From NCBI GenBank assembly GCA_903918645.1, contig CAIXFH010000020.1:6294-70293 (forward strand): a stretch of 64,000 nucleotides of DNA, in the 5' to 3' direction. Source of the DNA: an uncultured Actinomycetes bacterium. Lineage in GTDB: Bacteria > Actinomycetota > Actinomycetes > S36-B12 > CAIYMF01. Position numbers and translations under genes: made by a program. Below, one piece after another: positions 52,670 to 62,835 of the stretch; the stretch's first letter is position 1; the number at the start of each line of letters is the position of its first letter. Under the pieces are notes generated by a model. That model was not told the DNA's origin and did no database searches. It worked only from the letters and a program-made list of their open reading frames with translations.

Positions 52670-53698
52670 GTGAATCAACGACGCGGACTCGGGCGCGGAC
52701 TCGGTGCCCTCATTCCCTCTGCGGTGCGTGAGGAAACTCCGATCGAGGAAGCTCCGCAGATCACCCAAGGCACGCGGGTATCCCAAGACACCCCAGTCAC
52801 CGTGCAGGGCATGCCGTTGCCTCCCAATACCATCTCTGGCTCGGTACATCCGGTCGATGCATTCGCGTCTGGCGAACTTGCTGAGGTCATGGGTGCCCAT
52901 TACGCCGAGTTGGAGTTTGACGACGTTCGGCCAAATCCTCGTCAGCCCCGGATGGTCTTTGATGACGATGCGATGGCCGAACTTGTGCACTCGATTCGCG
53001 AGATCGGTTTGCTGCAGCCGATCGTTGTGCGTCCTGTATTGGGCGCTACTTCCGCACCCCACTACGAACTAGTCGCAGGCGAAAGACGTTGGCGCGCAGG
53101 GCGATCCGCAGGTCTTGATCGCATTCCCGCGATCGTTCGAGAGACTGCCGATGACGTACTACTACGCGACGCTCTACTTGAGAACTTGCACCGATCCGAG
53201 CTCAATGCGCTCGAAGAAGCAGCCGCCTATCAACAGTTGCTCGATGACTTTGGCTGCAGCCAGGACGAGCTCGCGACCCGGATCGGGCGCAGCCGCCCGC
53301 AGGTGAGTAACACCTTGCGGTTGTTGCGACTGCCCCCAGCCGTGCAGCGTCGGGTCGCGGCGGGCGTGCTGTCGGCCGGACACGCCCGCGCCTTGCTAGC
53401 CCTTGACGATTCCGACGCGATGGATCGGCTGGCGATGCGAATCGTCGCCGAAGGATTGTCGGTGCGCGCTGTTGAGGAGATCGTTGCTGTTGGCGAAGGC
53501 GATGGTCGCGAACGGGTGCGTGTGTCTCGTCCCCGAACCCCAACAGCGCCTGGCCTGGCTGACATTGCTGACCAACTATCCGAGCGGCTCGAGACCCGAG
53601 TGCGGGTCGAGTCTGGCAAGACCAAGGGCAAGATAACGATCGAGTTCGCCACCCTCGATGATTTGCGCCGCATCGTTTCTACCATCGATGGTAACTGA
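52670..53698 (+). CDS. parB: Chromosome partitioning protein ParB
   Basis: RRGLGRGLGALIP, PNPRQPR, AGERRWRA and an HTH region. Confidence 0.97.
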   Translation: MNQRRGLGRGLGALIPSAVREETPIEEAPQITQGTRVSQDTPVTVQGMPLPPNTISGSVHPVDAFASGELAEVMGAHYAELEFDDVRPNPRQPRMVFDDDAMAELVHSIREIGLLQPIVVRPVLGATSAPHYELVAGERRWRAGRSAGLDRIPAIVRETADDVLLRDALLENLHRSELNALEEAAAYQQLLDDFGCSQDELATRIGRSRPQVSNTLRLLRLPPAVQRRVAAGVLSAGHARALLALDDSDAMDRLAMRIVAEGLSVRAVEEIVAVGEGDGRERVRVSRPRTPTAPGLADIADQLSERLETRVRVESGKTKGKITIEFATLDDLRRIVSTIDGN

Positions 53699-53733
53699 CC
53701 GCCAAGGCCCGTAACCTATTGCGCCGCAAGAGG

Positions 53734-54690
53734 TTAGACGCGTTGTAGGGCTCGTTCGACGAGATCGCCAGCGAGTAGACCGAGGTTGAGCCCGGCTGCT
53801 GTGACGGCCTGTGGGTAGGTCGAGGTCTCGGTCATTCCCGGTGCCACGTTCACTTCTAGGAACCACACAGTGCCAGCCTCGTCGATGATCAGATCTGTGC
53901 GTGACCAGTCCCGAAGCCCAAGAGTTTGATGGGCGCTCACGGCGGCCTCGGCGCAGGCTGCGAGGCCTACCGGACTGAGCCTGGCTGGAACGAAAAACTC
54001 GGTGGCACCGGCCGTATACCGGGCGAGGTAGTCGTATACCCCTCCGTCGGGAACGATCTCCACTACAGGTAGAGCCAGCGGTCCGGTATCGGTATCAACA
54101 ACCGACACTGCAACTTCGGTGCCTACGATGAAGGATTCGATCACTGCGGTATCGCCGTATGCAAACGCTGCGACCATCGCGGCGGGCAGCGCACTGCCCT
54201 CTCGTACGACGCTGACTCCAAGTGATGAGCCGCCCCGTGACGGTTTCACGATGACCGGCAGTTGAACGAGGTCAAGGACGGCATCAAGGACTGCGGCTGC
54301 TCCAAGTTCACGAAACGTCGAGTGCGGGAGTGCCACCGATTTGGGTACGGCCATGCCGGCCCGACCGACCAAGCTAGAGGCGATGGGCTTATCGAATGCA
54401 CGCCGGCACGCAGCAGGGTCAGATCCGACGTAGGGCAGATGCAAAGCTTCGAGCACATCGCGCAGCGCGCCATCTTCGCCGGCGGACCCATGCAGCAGGG
54501 GGATGACACAGTCGGGACGGTCTCGTTGCAATGTGGTGACTAATCCGGCATCGACATCGAGAACATCTACCTGGTGCTGGGCTTGCCTGAGTGAATCTGC
54601 AAGGCGCCGACCAGATCTCAGCGAGACGTCGCGCTCGGGCGATAGTCCACCTGCCAGCACGACGATTCGACGTGGTGTCACCTGCGTCAT
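53734..54690 (-). CDS. D-alanine--D-alanine ligase-like ATP-grasp protein
   Basis: VLAGGLSPERDVSLRSG, LLHGSAGEDG, VKPSRGGSSLGV, YDY..RY and FLEVNVAPGMT. Confidence 0.88.
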   Translation of the reverse strand: MTQVTPRRIVVLAGGLSPERDVSLRSGRRLADSLRQAQHQVDVLDVDAGLVTTLQRDRPDCVIPLLHGSAGEDGALRDVLEALHLPYVGSDPAACRRAFDKPIASSLVGRAGMAVPKSVALPHSTFRELGAAAVLDAVLDLVQLPVIVKPSRGGSSLGVSVVREGSALPAAMVAAFAYGDTAVIESFIVGTEVAVSVVDTDTGPLALPVVEIVPDGGVYDYLARYTAGATEFFVPARLSPVGLAACAEAAVSAHQTLGLRDWSRTDLIIDEAGTVWFLEVNVAPGMTETSTYPQAVTAAGLNLGLLAGDLVERALQRV

Positions 54691-54741
54691 CGGATTCAAC
54701 CCCAACAGTTGTAGCGAATCGATCGGTAAGAACTTCCTAGG

Positions 54742-56055
54742 TTAGGCAAGATCGGGGGTTGGTGCGCCGAGCCCGTCGCGTTCGACGGCTGCACGCGGCG
54801 ATCCGAAGGTGGCCGCAATCTCTGACTCGGCCTTCACCACAGCAGCAAGCCGTCGTACGCCCTCGCGGATTCGGTCGGGTTCGGGGTAGCAGTACGACAG
54901 GCGCAACGACTCTCGTCCTTGGCCGTCTGCAAAGAACCCGGTGCCCGGAACATAGGCGACTAGGGCTGAGACCGCTCTGGGCAGCATGGCTCCGGCGTCG
55001 AGGCCACCGGGCAAGGTGACCCAAGAGTAGAAACCTCCGGACGGCACGGTCCAGCGTGTTCCGCTGGGCATCATCGTCGCGAGAGATTCGAGTAGTGCGT
55101 CACGGCGGGTTCGGTACAGCCCCCGAAACACCTCGACCTGCTCGAGCCAAGGTTGAGTCTGGAGATAGTCGGAGATGGTGAGTTGGGCGAAGTTGGACGG
55201 ACACAGGGTCGCTGTCTCGTTCGCCAGCACCAACTTTTCACGGACGCCGTGTGGTGCCACTGCCCAGCCGACTCGCAGCCCTGCGGCGATGGTCTTGGAG
55301 AATGTTCCGAGGTAGATCACGCCTTCGCCGTCCTGGGCTCGAATCGCCTGTGGCACTGTTCCATCGAAGCCCAGTAGCCCATAGGGATCGTCCTCGAGCA
55401 CCAAGATGCCCTCACTCTGCGCGATCTGCAGAATCTCGGTACGCCGTTCTTGGCTTTGTGTCACCCCAGCGGGGTTGTGGAATGAAGGGATCGTGTACAG
55501 GATCTTCGCTCGCTTACCTTGCGCTTTGATGGCAGCGATCGTCTCCCGCAATGCGTTGGGCGACAAGCCTTCTGCATCCATCGCGACGTGTTCAACCTCG
55601 CACTGATAGGAGGAGAAAACACCCAGCGCAGTGATGTAGGTCGGTGCTTCAGCTAGGACGACATCGCCGGGATCGCAAAAGACCCGCACGACTAGGTCAA
55701 GTGCGAGTTGTGATCCCGCGGTAATGACTATGTCGTCGGCATGAGCGGAGATGCCCACTGGCTTCATGACATCGAGGATTTGTTCGCGCAGAGTTACATC
55801 ACCCTGCCCGGATCCGTACTGCAGGGCTACTGCTCCGCGGTCGCGGATAACTCTGGCAACCGTGTCTGCCATTGCGTCGACCGGTAGTGCGGATACAAAT
55901 GGCATGCCGCCGGCAAGTGAGACGACCTCGGGCCGGGATGCCACCGCGAACAGGGCCCGCACGGAGGATGCCGTGAGTCCGCGCGTGCGCGCGGCGTAAC
56001 TATCGATCCAAGGATCGAGACGATTTCCCGTTGGGGAATCGGCTTGCCTGCTCAT
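54742..56055 (-). CDS. PLP-dependent class I aminotransferase (LysN/2-aminoadipate transaminase-like)
   Basis: SLAGGMP, LQYG, FHNPAG, EDDPYG and TFSK(PLP)TIAAGLRVGW. Confidence 0.92.
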   Translation of the reverse strand: MSRQADSPTGNRLDPWIDSYAARTRGLTASSVRALFAVASRPEVVSLAGGMPFVSALPVDAMADTVARVIRDRGAVALQYGSGQGDVTLREQILDVMKPVGISAHADDIVITAGSQLALDLVVRVFCDPGDVVLAEAPTYITALGVFSSYQCEVEHVAMDAEGLSPNALRETIAAIKAQGKRAKILYTIPSFHNPAGVTQSQERRTEILQIAQSEGILVLEDDPYGLLGFDGTVPQAIRAQDGEGVIYLGTFSKTIAAGLRVGWAVAPHGVREKLVLANETATLCPSNFAQLTISDYLQTQPWLEQVEVFRGLYRTRRDALLESLATMMPSGTRWTVPSGGFYSWVTLPGGLDAGAMLPRAVSALVAYVPGTGFFADGQGRESLRLSYCYPEPDRIREGVRRLAAVVKAESEIAATFGSPRAAVERDGLGAPTPDLA

Positions 56056-56232
56056 GCGCTCACCGCCTCGACCAGATTCCAAGTCACACAAGGTCAACGT
56101 TGATACATCGGCGGCTGTGGCGAAGTACCGTACGTGCAAGTCCTACTTTGCCCGACACGACACGGGAGGCCGCATGCGGGTCCGGTGTTTGCGTGGCCCA
56201 CGACTGGGGCCGCAGATGGAGGCAGACTCGTC

Positions 56233-56862
56233 ATGACTAGCCATCGACGAGTGGCACCGCTGACGCGAGACACCCTGGGCGAGTTGCCGAGTCCGTGTCG
56301 GACATGCGCACGGTGGGAACTTGATGTTGTGCATCGTGAGCGTGCGCAGCTGACGGATCGCACGCTTGAGGCAAAACAGACGTGGTTGTCGGGCACGCTG
56401 CTGGAGTGGGGCTCGTGCGGGCAAATCGTCTACTCCGAGGGCACTGCAGCGGGTTACATCCTTTACGCACCCCCCGCCTATTTGGGTGGACTTGCGGCCT
56501 ATCCGACGGCACCGATTGCGGCTGATGCGGTTGCTCTTGCCACCTTGCGAGTGGAACCAGAATTCGCTGGGCATGGCTTGGCTCGGCTCTTGATTCAGAT
56601 CATGGCTGCCGATCTGGTACGACGAGGAGTTCGTGCGGTGGAGGCGATCGCGACCACATCGCCCCAGCCTTGCCTTGTCCCTGCTGACTTGTTGCTCGCT
56701 CTGGGATTCACGACCGTTCGCGCACATCCCCGAACACCGCGCCTGCGCCTGGACCTTCGTAGCACTGTGTCGTGGCGTGATGAGGTGGTCGAACTGGCTC
56801 GCGAGCGATTCTGGGGGCGTCGTAGGCCGGTGGGAGCGGCATCGCGGGAGGAGCCGGGCTAA
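56233..56862 (+). CDS. GNAT-family acetyltransferase-like protein with CxxC
   Basis: CRTCARWEL, WGSCG, ILYAPP, HGLARLL and PRLRLDL. Divergent from the aminotransferase. Confidence 0.75.
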   Translation: MTSHRRVAPLTRDTLGELPSPCRTCARWELDVVHRERAQLTDRTLEAKQTWLSGTLLEWGSCGQIVYSEGTAAGYILYAPPAYLGGLAAYPTAPIAADAVALATLRVEPEFAGHGLARLLIQIMAADLVRRGVRAVEAIATTSPQPCLVPADLLLALGFTTVRAHPRTPRLRLDLRSTVSWRDEVVELARERFWGRRRPVGAASREEPG

Positions 56863-56915
56863 CGGGCTCCAATGACTTGATCCGGTGGCTCGCCTAGCCG
56901 CACACCTTGCTCTTC

Positions 56916-58034
56916 CTAGGAATTCTCAACCGGCGCGAAGAAGCGTACGACCGCCGCGGCTACGCCTTCAGCAAGGGCATCACGGAACGCTGGGTCGGCT
57001 AGCCGCTGTGAATCATGAGGCGACGATAGATACCCGCACTCGATTCGCACTGCCGGCATCCGGGTCATGCGTAGTAAGTCCCAAGTCTTGGCATGTGTGT
57101 GGCAGTCGACGAGGTCAGTTCGTGCGCAGATCTCCTCTTGCACCATTTCGGCAAATCGGGCGCCCAGTGTTGATCCGGTGCCGGCGACCGAATCACCGTA
57201 GAAGAAGGTCGCGCAGCCCGCAGGCACAGCTGATGCGACGGAGTTGACGTGGAGTGACAGGACGAGATCTGCGGCCGTCGCGTTGGCGAATGTTGCGCGC
57301 TGGCCCTCGTCGCCGCCCTGGCTCGCGGTTGGCGAGCGCGTGAGCAGGACTTGGACTCCGAGGGCGGCGAGGCGACCCTCGACTCGGCGAGCGAGGTCTC
57401 CAGTAATGGCAGATCTGCTGAGCCGGGCACCGTTCACCTTGTCGACGTCATCATCAAGATTGTGACCCGGATCAAGCACCACAACCTTGTCGGCGACACC
57501 ACTGCACAACGACTCGAGTGCGTGCAGTTCACGGAGTGAACTCATCGCCGCAGAGCCGCCGCTTACGGTGCGGGCGAGCCGTGCGAGCGCCCGGAACGTG
57601 TCTGGCCCACACGTGCCGTCAGGATCGACCCCGACGCTGCGTTGGAACTCGCGGACCGCATTGTCGGTGCGCCGACCGAACATCGCGTCGATCCGACCGA
57701 CGTCGAACCCGAGAACCCCTAGCCGTGCCTGCAGGTCGCGCACATCGTCGCCCGAAATGAGATGGCCAGCCCGGAAGGTGAGCACTCGGTCACCTAGGGT
57801 CCACCGCGCCTCTTCAAGTCGCCGGAATGTTTGCGCGCCCACAATGCCGTCGACGGTGAGCCCGCGTTCCTGCTGGAACGCGCGGACAGCACGGTCTACG
57901 GCATCATCGAAAGTAGGCGGGGAGGACTCGGATGCGGATCCGGTGGGGGAAAGCAACCCCAACCGACCGAGCCGGTCACGAATCTCGGTGACCGCATCCC
58001 CGGTGTCCCCGCGTCGAGACACGGGAGGGGTCAC
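56916..58034 (-). CDS. cwlM: CwlM-type N-acetylmuramoyl-L-alanine amidase (2 PG-binding domains plus Amidase_3)
   Basis: FQQERGLTVDGIVG, EARWTLGDRVL, LDPGH, SLH and RIECGY. Located after trxA. Confidence 0.9.
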   Translation of the reverse strand: MTPPVSRRGDTGDAVTEIRDRLGRLGLLSPTGSASESSPPTFDDAVDRAVRAFQQERGLTVDGIVGAQTFRRLEEARWTLGDRVLTFRAGHLISGDDVRDLQARLGVLGFDVGRIDAMFGRRTDNAVREFQRSVGVDPDGTCGPDTFRALARLARTVSGGSAAMSSLRELHALESLCSGVADKVVVLDPGHNLDDDVDKVNGARLSRSAITGDLARRVEGRLAALGVQVLLTRSPTASQGGDEGQRATFANATAADLVLSLHVNSVASAVPAGCATFFYGDSVAGTGSTLGARFAEMVQEEICARTDLVDCHTHAKTWDLLRMTRMPAVRIECGYLSSPHDSQRLADPAFRDALAEGVAAAVVRFFAPVENS

Positions 58035-58037
58035 TGG

Positions 58038-58364
58038 TTACAGGAACTCGGCGAGATCGGCGAGCAGGGCAGCCTTGGGCTTAGCGCCCACGATCTGCTT
58101 GACCAGTTGCCCACCGACGTACACGTTCATGGTCGGGATCGACATGATGCGCTCGTTGGCTGCGATCTGGGGGTTCTCGTCGATGTTGAGTTTGGCGATG
58201 GTGATCTTGTCTGAGTTGGCGGCAGCAATCTCTTCCAGGATTGGGCCGACCATCTTGCATGGGCCGCACCATTCAGCCCAAAAGTCCACGAGGACGGGCT
58301 TGTCGGACATGAGTACGTCATCGGTGAATGATGCGTCGGTAACTGTCTTCGTGGCGGTGCCCAT
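58038..58364 (-). CDS. trxA: Thioredoxin
   Basis: WAEWCGPC. Confidence 0.98.
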   Translation of the reverse strand: MGTATKTVTDASFTDDVLMSDKPVLVDFWAEWCGPCKMVGPILEEIAAANSDKITIAKLNIDENPQIAANERIMSIPTMNVYVGGQLVKQIVGAKPKAALLADLAEFL

Positions 58365-58487
58365 TGCGGGCTCCTTCCTATGTTGATCGAAGGTGGTGCA
58401 CTGGCTTTACTGACGGACAACTGACACCACGGTACGTCGGATCCCCGTGGCTGAGGCACCGCAAGCAGAATGCTCGGGTGTGTTGGG

Positions 58488-59441
58488 TCAACTGGCGCTG
58501 GTACTAGTCGATTCGCGTGCGGCCAAGAAACGCTCGGCATCTAGTGCTGCAGAGCACCCCGACCCCGCAGCGGTGATGGCCTGGCGATAGACGTGATCCA
58601 CAAGGTCGCCACAGGCGAAGACCCCGTTGACATTCGTGCGAGTGGTGCGGTCAGCCACGAGCACGTAGCCCTCGGCGTCGAGGTCGACCTGTCCACGGAT
58701 GAGTTCGGACCGTGGGTCATGCCCAATGGCGACGAATAGCCCAGTGATGGGCAACTCGCGGGTGGCGCCCGTGACGGTGTCTCGTAGTACGAGGCCGGTC
58801 AACTTGTCGTCGCCCAGGATCTGGTCAATTTCCGAGTTCCAAGCGACGGTGATTTTCGGATTGGTGAGGGCTCGTTCCTGCATGATCTTGCTCGCCCGCA
58901 GTGAATCGCGGCGGTGGATCAAGGTGACCGAATCGGCGAAGCGAGTGAGGAACGTGGCTTCTTCAAGTGCAGAGTCGCCGCCCCCGATCACGGCGATGTT
59001 CTGACCGCGGAAGAAGAATCCATCGCAGGTGGCGCACCACGAAACACCGTGTCCGGAGAGGCGCTTCTCGTTTGGCAGACCCAATTCGCGATAGCCCGAT
59101 CCCATGGCCAAAATCACGGAGTGGGCGCGATGTACCCCGCCTGAGCCATCCGTGACCGTTTTGATCTCACCGGCAAGATCGACCGTGACGATGTCATCGG
59201 TAATCATCTCGGTACCGAAGCGCTCTGCTTGTTCGCGCAAGCTTTCCATAAGCGCTGGCCCCATCACGCCGTCTGGGAAACCGGGAAAGTTTTCGACATC
59301 AGTGGTGTTCATGAGCGCGCCACCGGCGGTCACAGCACCCTCGAAAAGAAGTGGCGAGAGTTGAGCGCGGGCTGCGTAGATCGCGGCGGTATAGCCGGCT
59401 GGCCCAGAGCCAATGATGATCACATTGCGAACGTCGGACAC
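58488..59441 (-). CDS. trxB: Thioredoxin reductase
   Basis: GSGPAG, ENFPGF, CATCDG, GGGDSA and FACGD. Confidence 0.98.
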   Translation of the reverse strand: MSDVRNVIIIGSGPAGYTAAIYAARAQLSPLLFEGAVTAGGALMNTTDVENFPGFPDGVMGPALMESLREQAERFGTEMITDDIVTVDLAGEIKTVTDGSGGVHRAHSVILAMGSGYRELGLPNEKRLSGHGVSWCATCDGFFFRGQNIAVIGGGDSALEEATFLTRFADSVTLIHRRDSLRASKIMQERALTNPKITVAWNSEIDQILGDDKLTGLVLRDTVTGATRELPITGLFVAIGHDPRSELIRGQVDLDAEGYVLVADRTTRTNVNGVFACGDLVDHVYRQAITAAGSGCSAALDAERFLAARESTSTSAS

Positions 59442-59526
59442 GACGAGGCCTTTCGACTATGGACGGTACGGCCGAACATGCTGTGCGGCCGGACAAAGAG
59501 CCAACGCATATCGCGAGGCACCGGTG

Positions 59527-59553
59527 CAACGAGTCTAGGCGTCGGGACATTCC
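59527..59553 (-). promoter_or_regulatory. sigmaR/sigmaH-type promoter upstream of trxB
   Basis: Minus strand GGAAT-N18-GTTG, the established thiol-stress ECF consensus. trxBA is a classic target. Confidence 0.85.
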
Positions 59554-59614
59554 ACCGCGTGGCTACCCTGGAATGAGAGTCGTACCGATCGACCCGGATG
59601 GGCTGGATTGTTGG

Positions 59615-60511
59615 TTAGGGGGCGCTGAGTGCGATACGTCGAAAACTGAGCACGTCGGCCTTGGTAGCTGAACATTGTGGCCGTACGACCCAGACATCGG
59701 CGGTGGACGAGTCACCTGTGGTTGGTACGACGACGATCAGCGCGGGTGTGCCGTCGAAGGTTGCCAGATCGACCGCGAGTGGGGTGATCCCGCCCGCGCC
59801 GGTGAGTTGGGTGAGGCACCCAGTGAGATTGTCGTCATGCGCCTGCACGAGTGGCGCAGCCGTGCTCGATAACGAGTCGCTGCCCCCAGTGATCACTGGT
59901 GCACTTACTGGTGAAGGTGGGACCTGTGAGGTTTCGGCTGGTGCCGCTTGGTCTGGCGCAGGTGCGGCTGGTGTGACGGCGTCTTTGCCGCGCGAATCGA
60001 GAAGGGTACGCACTTGCTGGTCGATGCCAATCAGGGTGTATGCGGTACCGCTAGAACTTGGTACCGACATGGCCTGCCCTGACGCGACGGCTGCAACGGT
60101 GCCGGCATCGTTAGTCGAGATCAACGAGCCGTGATTGAGGCCAAGAACGCCTCCCACGAGTATCACTGCGGCGGCAACTCCGGCGAGGGCGGTAAGCCCG
60201 CGAATGGATATCCGGCGGCGCCCATGCAGCGGTAGCACAGTGCCTGTGCCTGTGCCTGTGCCTGTGAAGTCGCCGGCACCAACCCCGGCACCAACCGCAA
60301 CCCCAACCGCAACCCCAACCCCAACCCCAAGTGCTGTCCGGGCTGACCGCTCCTGGGCGAGCACTGCGTCAAGCCTTCTGGCGACATCGTCGGGAATGGC
60401 CGAATCGCCTAGACGCAGAGTAGTTAGGAGCGTGACGGCGAAGTCCGACTGCTCTGCGGTTGCCTCTGGACCGGAATCCTCGATCGGTGCCGCTGGCTCA
60501 AAGTCGTTCAT
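59615..60511 (-). CDS. Putative anti-sigma factor (RsmA/RsdA-like)
   Basis: IPDDVARRLDAVLAQE, a TM segment and extracellular SGTAY..CLT..PLAVD..TFDG.PA..C. Coupled to sigM. Confidence 0.75.
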   Translation of the reverse strand: MNDFEPAAPIEDSGPEATAEQSDFAVTLLTTLRLGDSAIPDDVARRLDAVLAQERSARTALGVGVGVAVGVAVGAGVGAGDFTGTGTGTGTVLPLHGRRRISIRGLTALAGVAAAVILVGGVLGLNHGSLISTNDAGTVAAVASGQAMSVPSSSGTAYTLIGIDQQVRTLLDSRGKDAVTPAAPAPDQAAPAETSQVPPSPVSAPVITGGSDSLSSTAAPLVQAHDDNLTGCLTQLTGAGGITPLAVDLATFDGTPALIVVVPTTGDSSTADVWVVRPQCSATKADVLSFRRIALSAP

Positions 60512-61179
60512 GAGGGCACCTCCGGATCGGTATCGCGCGGTTGGGTCATGGGTGAGACGTTGCCGGGCAGGTCGGGGTTCCGCACGCCCGCGAGCGCCAC
60601 TGCTAGGCGCGCCCGACCCCGTGAACAGCGGCTTTTCACCGTTCCATCGGGGATTCCTAGGATCTGCGCCGCCTCACTCACCGAGAGGCCCTCTACATCT
60701 ACGAGGACGATCGCGGCTCGTTGATCAGTCGGTAGCGCTGCGAGCGCCTTCTCGATCTCCAATCGAAGTTCGAGCCGATCGATGTCATCGGTGGGGTCGG
60801 CGATTCCGCGGTGCCCGCCAGATCCCTCTTCGTCGAGTAGGGGTACCGACGGCCGCGCTCGGCGTCGCCGCATTCGGTCCAGGCAGGCGTTGACGACTAT
60901 GCGATGCAGCCACGTGGTGACGGCGGAGTCACCACGGAACGACGATGCGTTGCGAAACGCGGAAATCATCGCGTCCTGAAGTGCGTCGGCCGCCTCTTCA
61001 GGATCAGACGTCGTGCGTAATGCGACAGCCCAGAGTCTGTCGCGATGCCGACGAACAAGTTCTGCGAACGCGTCTTGGTGCCCTTCGACGTGGGCGGAAA
61101 GCAGTGCCGCGTCGTCGACAGCGCCCAGATCCTGCGGGGGGATCTGCGCGCCGTTGTCGGGAGCGTCGTCAGCTGTCAT
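60508..61179 (-). CDS. sigM: ECF sigma factor SigM
   Basis: DAFAELVRRHRDRLWAVALR, FRGDSAVTTWLHRIVVNACLD and GTVKSRCSRGR. Conserved locus. Confidence 0.92.
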   Translation of the reverse strand: MTADDAPDNGAQIPPQDLGAVDDAALLSAHVEGHQDAFAELVRRHRDRLWAVALRTTSDPEEAADALQDAMISAFRNASSFRGDSAVTTWLHRIVVNACLDRMRRRRARPSVPLLDEEGSGGHRGIADPTDDIDRLELRLEIEKALAALPTDQRAAIVLVDVEGLSVSEAAQILGIPDGTVKSRCSRGRARLAVALAGVRNPDLPGNVSPMTQPRDTDPEVPS

Positions 61180-61252
61180 GGCATGGCCAGACTAGGGCTC
61201 GAACCCGGCCGATGCGTAGCGCGTGACACGTTCTGTGCCCGCACCAGCCCAC

Positions 61253-62752
61253 CTAGCCGAGTACTCGGACGTCCGCGACACCGCCTTGGAAACCAAAGCT
61301 GTCGGCTGGCGGCAGCAGGGTGAACCAGATGATCACATAGCGAGTGCTGACCGCCCTAGGTACACGCAGAAGAAGTTCGGTGCCTGCGTTCGTCGCCTCG
61401 GCCATGGAGGCAAACTTCGTCGGTGCCAAGGTGGGATCGTCGGTGGCCAGGAGCGAGAGGCTGGTGCCGTCTCCGACGAGCCGCAGCTGTACCGACCGAA
61501 CGGGGCGGGTGGTGCCCAGGTCGATCAGCAAGCCGACCCCGGGCTTTCCGGACATGTTGGCCTTCTTGTACACGCTCGTGTGCCAGGCGGTGGTTGGGCT
61601 TGTGTCGGTTGCCGCGGGAGCTTGACCCTGGTTCTCCTTATGATCGGAGCCGTACGGGTCAAACCCACTGACGGTGATGATCGGAAATTCCTGCTCGGCC
61701 GCACCCGTAGGCGATCCGCTAGGTGCCGGAGAGCCGTTTGATGGCGTGGGTGAGGCACTGACGACTTCGCGAGGCGTGACTAGCGGACCGCTACCTAGCC
61801 CCAGTAACAGCGACACGCCGAGGCCGGCAAGCCCAACGCAAGCGCTACCAAAGACGAAGACGCTGCCCACGCGAAGCGCCGTTCTGCGCGGGCGTACTCG
61901 AGGTGCAACCGCTGCTGGGCGGGCAACCACACTCGACAAAGCCTCGACTAGATCGTCGGCCGTCTCGAAGGGGGCTGATCCCTTGGGGTCCGGCGTGGTC
62001 AGCAGCGCGCGGGCGGCTATGTGATCTAGGGATGCTGGTACGGCAGCCACCACGTGACTCGGCCACGGAATACGTCCTTCGACGAAAGGGACGCCAGGCA
62101 GTCCATCGACCTCGGTCGATTCGGGCCAGCGAGCGGTTAGTGCTGCGTACAGGATCGCGCCGACTCCGTGCACATCTGCCAGGACCGGGGTCGTTTCGAT
62201 CAGGGGGCCGTAGAGCGCGGCGTCGACCCCGAGCCCTCTGATGCGCACTTCACCGGTATCGCTGATCATCACGACGTCAGGGCGTAGATGACCGTGCGTG
62301 GCGCCTTCCTCATGCGCGGCAACAAGGTAGCGGCTCACTTCCAGTGCGAGCGCCGCTGCCTCCATAGGGGGCAGCGGCTCGCCACCTCGTGCGGCGAGGT
62401 AGTCGCCGAAGGGCGTTGAGTCGAGCCACTCTGTGACTATGACGAGGTGAAAGGTCTCTGTGTCATCGACTACATCCAGGATCGGCACAGCGCGCCGGTC
62501 GAAAACCCGAGCCGCGTCGGCGCAGCGGGCGCGCACTTCTTGTACTCGGGGGTCGTCGAGTGGAATCAGTCGAACTCCGACTGGGCGCTTGAGCCGCTCA
62601 TCGTAGGCTCGCCATACCGAACTACCTGCGCCTTCACCGATGCGGTCCACCAGCCGAAATCGCGACAGGACCAGCATGTCCGACGACGGCTTGGTTCGAG
62701 CCCGCGCTGTGGAGCGCGGTCGTCGGCCAGTCGAGTCAGTCACAAGTGTCAA
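61253..62752 (-). CDS. Ser/Thr kinase-like pseudokinase (MviN kinase-homology-type) with TM and extracellular domain
   Basis: Kinase N-lobe VWRAYDERLKRPV is present, but VAIK is VGVR, HRD is HGH and DFG is GLG. C-terminal DPYG..EN..TAWHT..GLLIDLG. Confidence 0.8.
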   Translation of the reverse strand: MTLVTDSTGRRPRSTARARTKPSSDMLVLSRFRLVDRIGEGAGSSVWRAYDERLKRPVGVRLIPLDDPRVQEVRARCADAARVFDRRAVPILDVVDDTETFHLVIVTEWLDSTPFGDYLAARGGEPLPPMEAAALALEVSRYLVAAHEEGATHGHLRPDVVMISDTGEVRIRGLGVDAALYGPLIETTPVLADVHGVGAILYAALTARWPESTEVDGLPGVPFVEGRIPWPSHVVAAVPASLDHIAARALLTTPDPKGSAPFETADDLVEALSSVVARPAAVAPRVRPRRTALRVGSVFVFGSACVGLAGLGVSLLLGLGSGPLVTPREVVSASPTPSNGSPAPSGSPTGAAEQEFPIITVSGFDPYGSDHKENQGQAPAATDTSPTTAWHTSVYKKANMSGKPGVGLLIDLGTTRPVRSVQLRLVGDGTSLSLLATDDPTLAPTKFASMAEATNAGTELLLRVPRAVSTRYVIIWFTLLPPADSFGFQGGVADVRVLG

Positions 62753-62835
62753 CGATACGTCGTGTTGGGCGTGTGAGTCGCTGTCTGCCCGGCGCCGGTA
62801 CGTGCGGCTGAACGCGGATGAGCCAGATGACGTTG

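Noticed and set aside
57487-58386. 299-aa plus-strand ORF, and similar Arg/Ser/Pro-rich ORFs (1664..2350, 17115..17960, 27785..28606, 47922..48584, 60135..60893, 63050..63673)
   Set aside because: Composition typical of off-frame or antisense translation of real genes.
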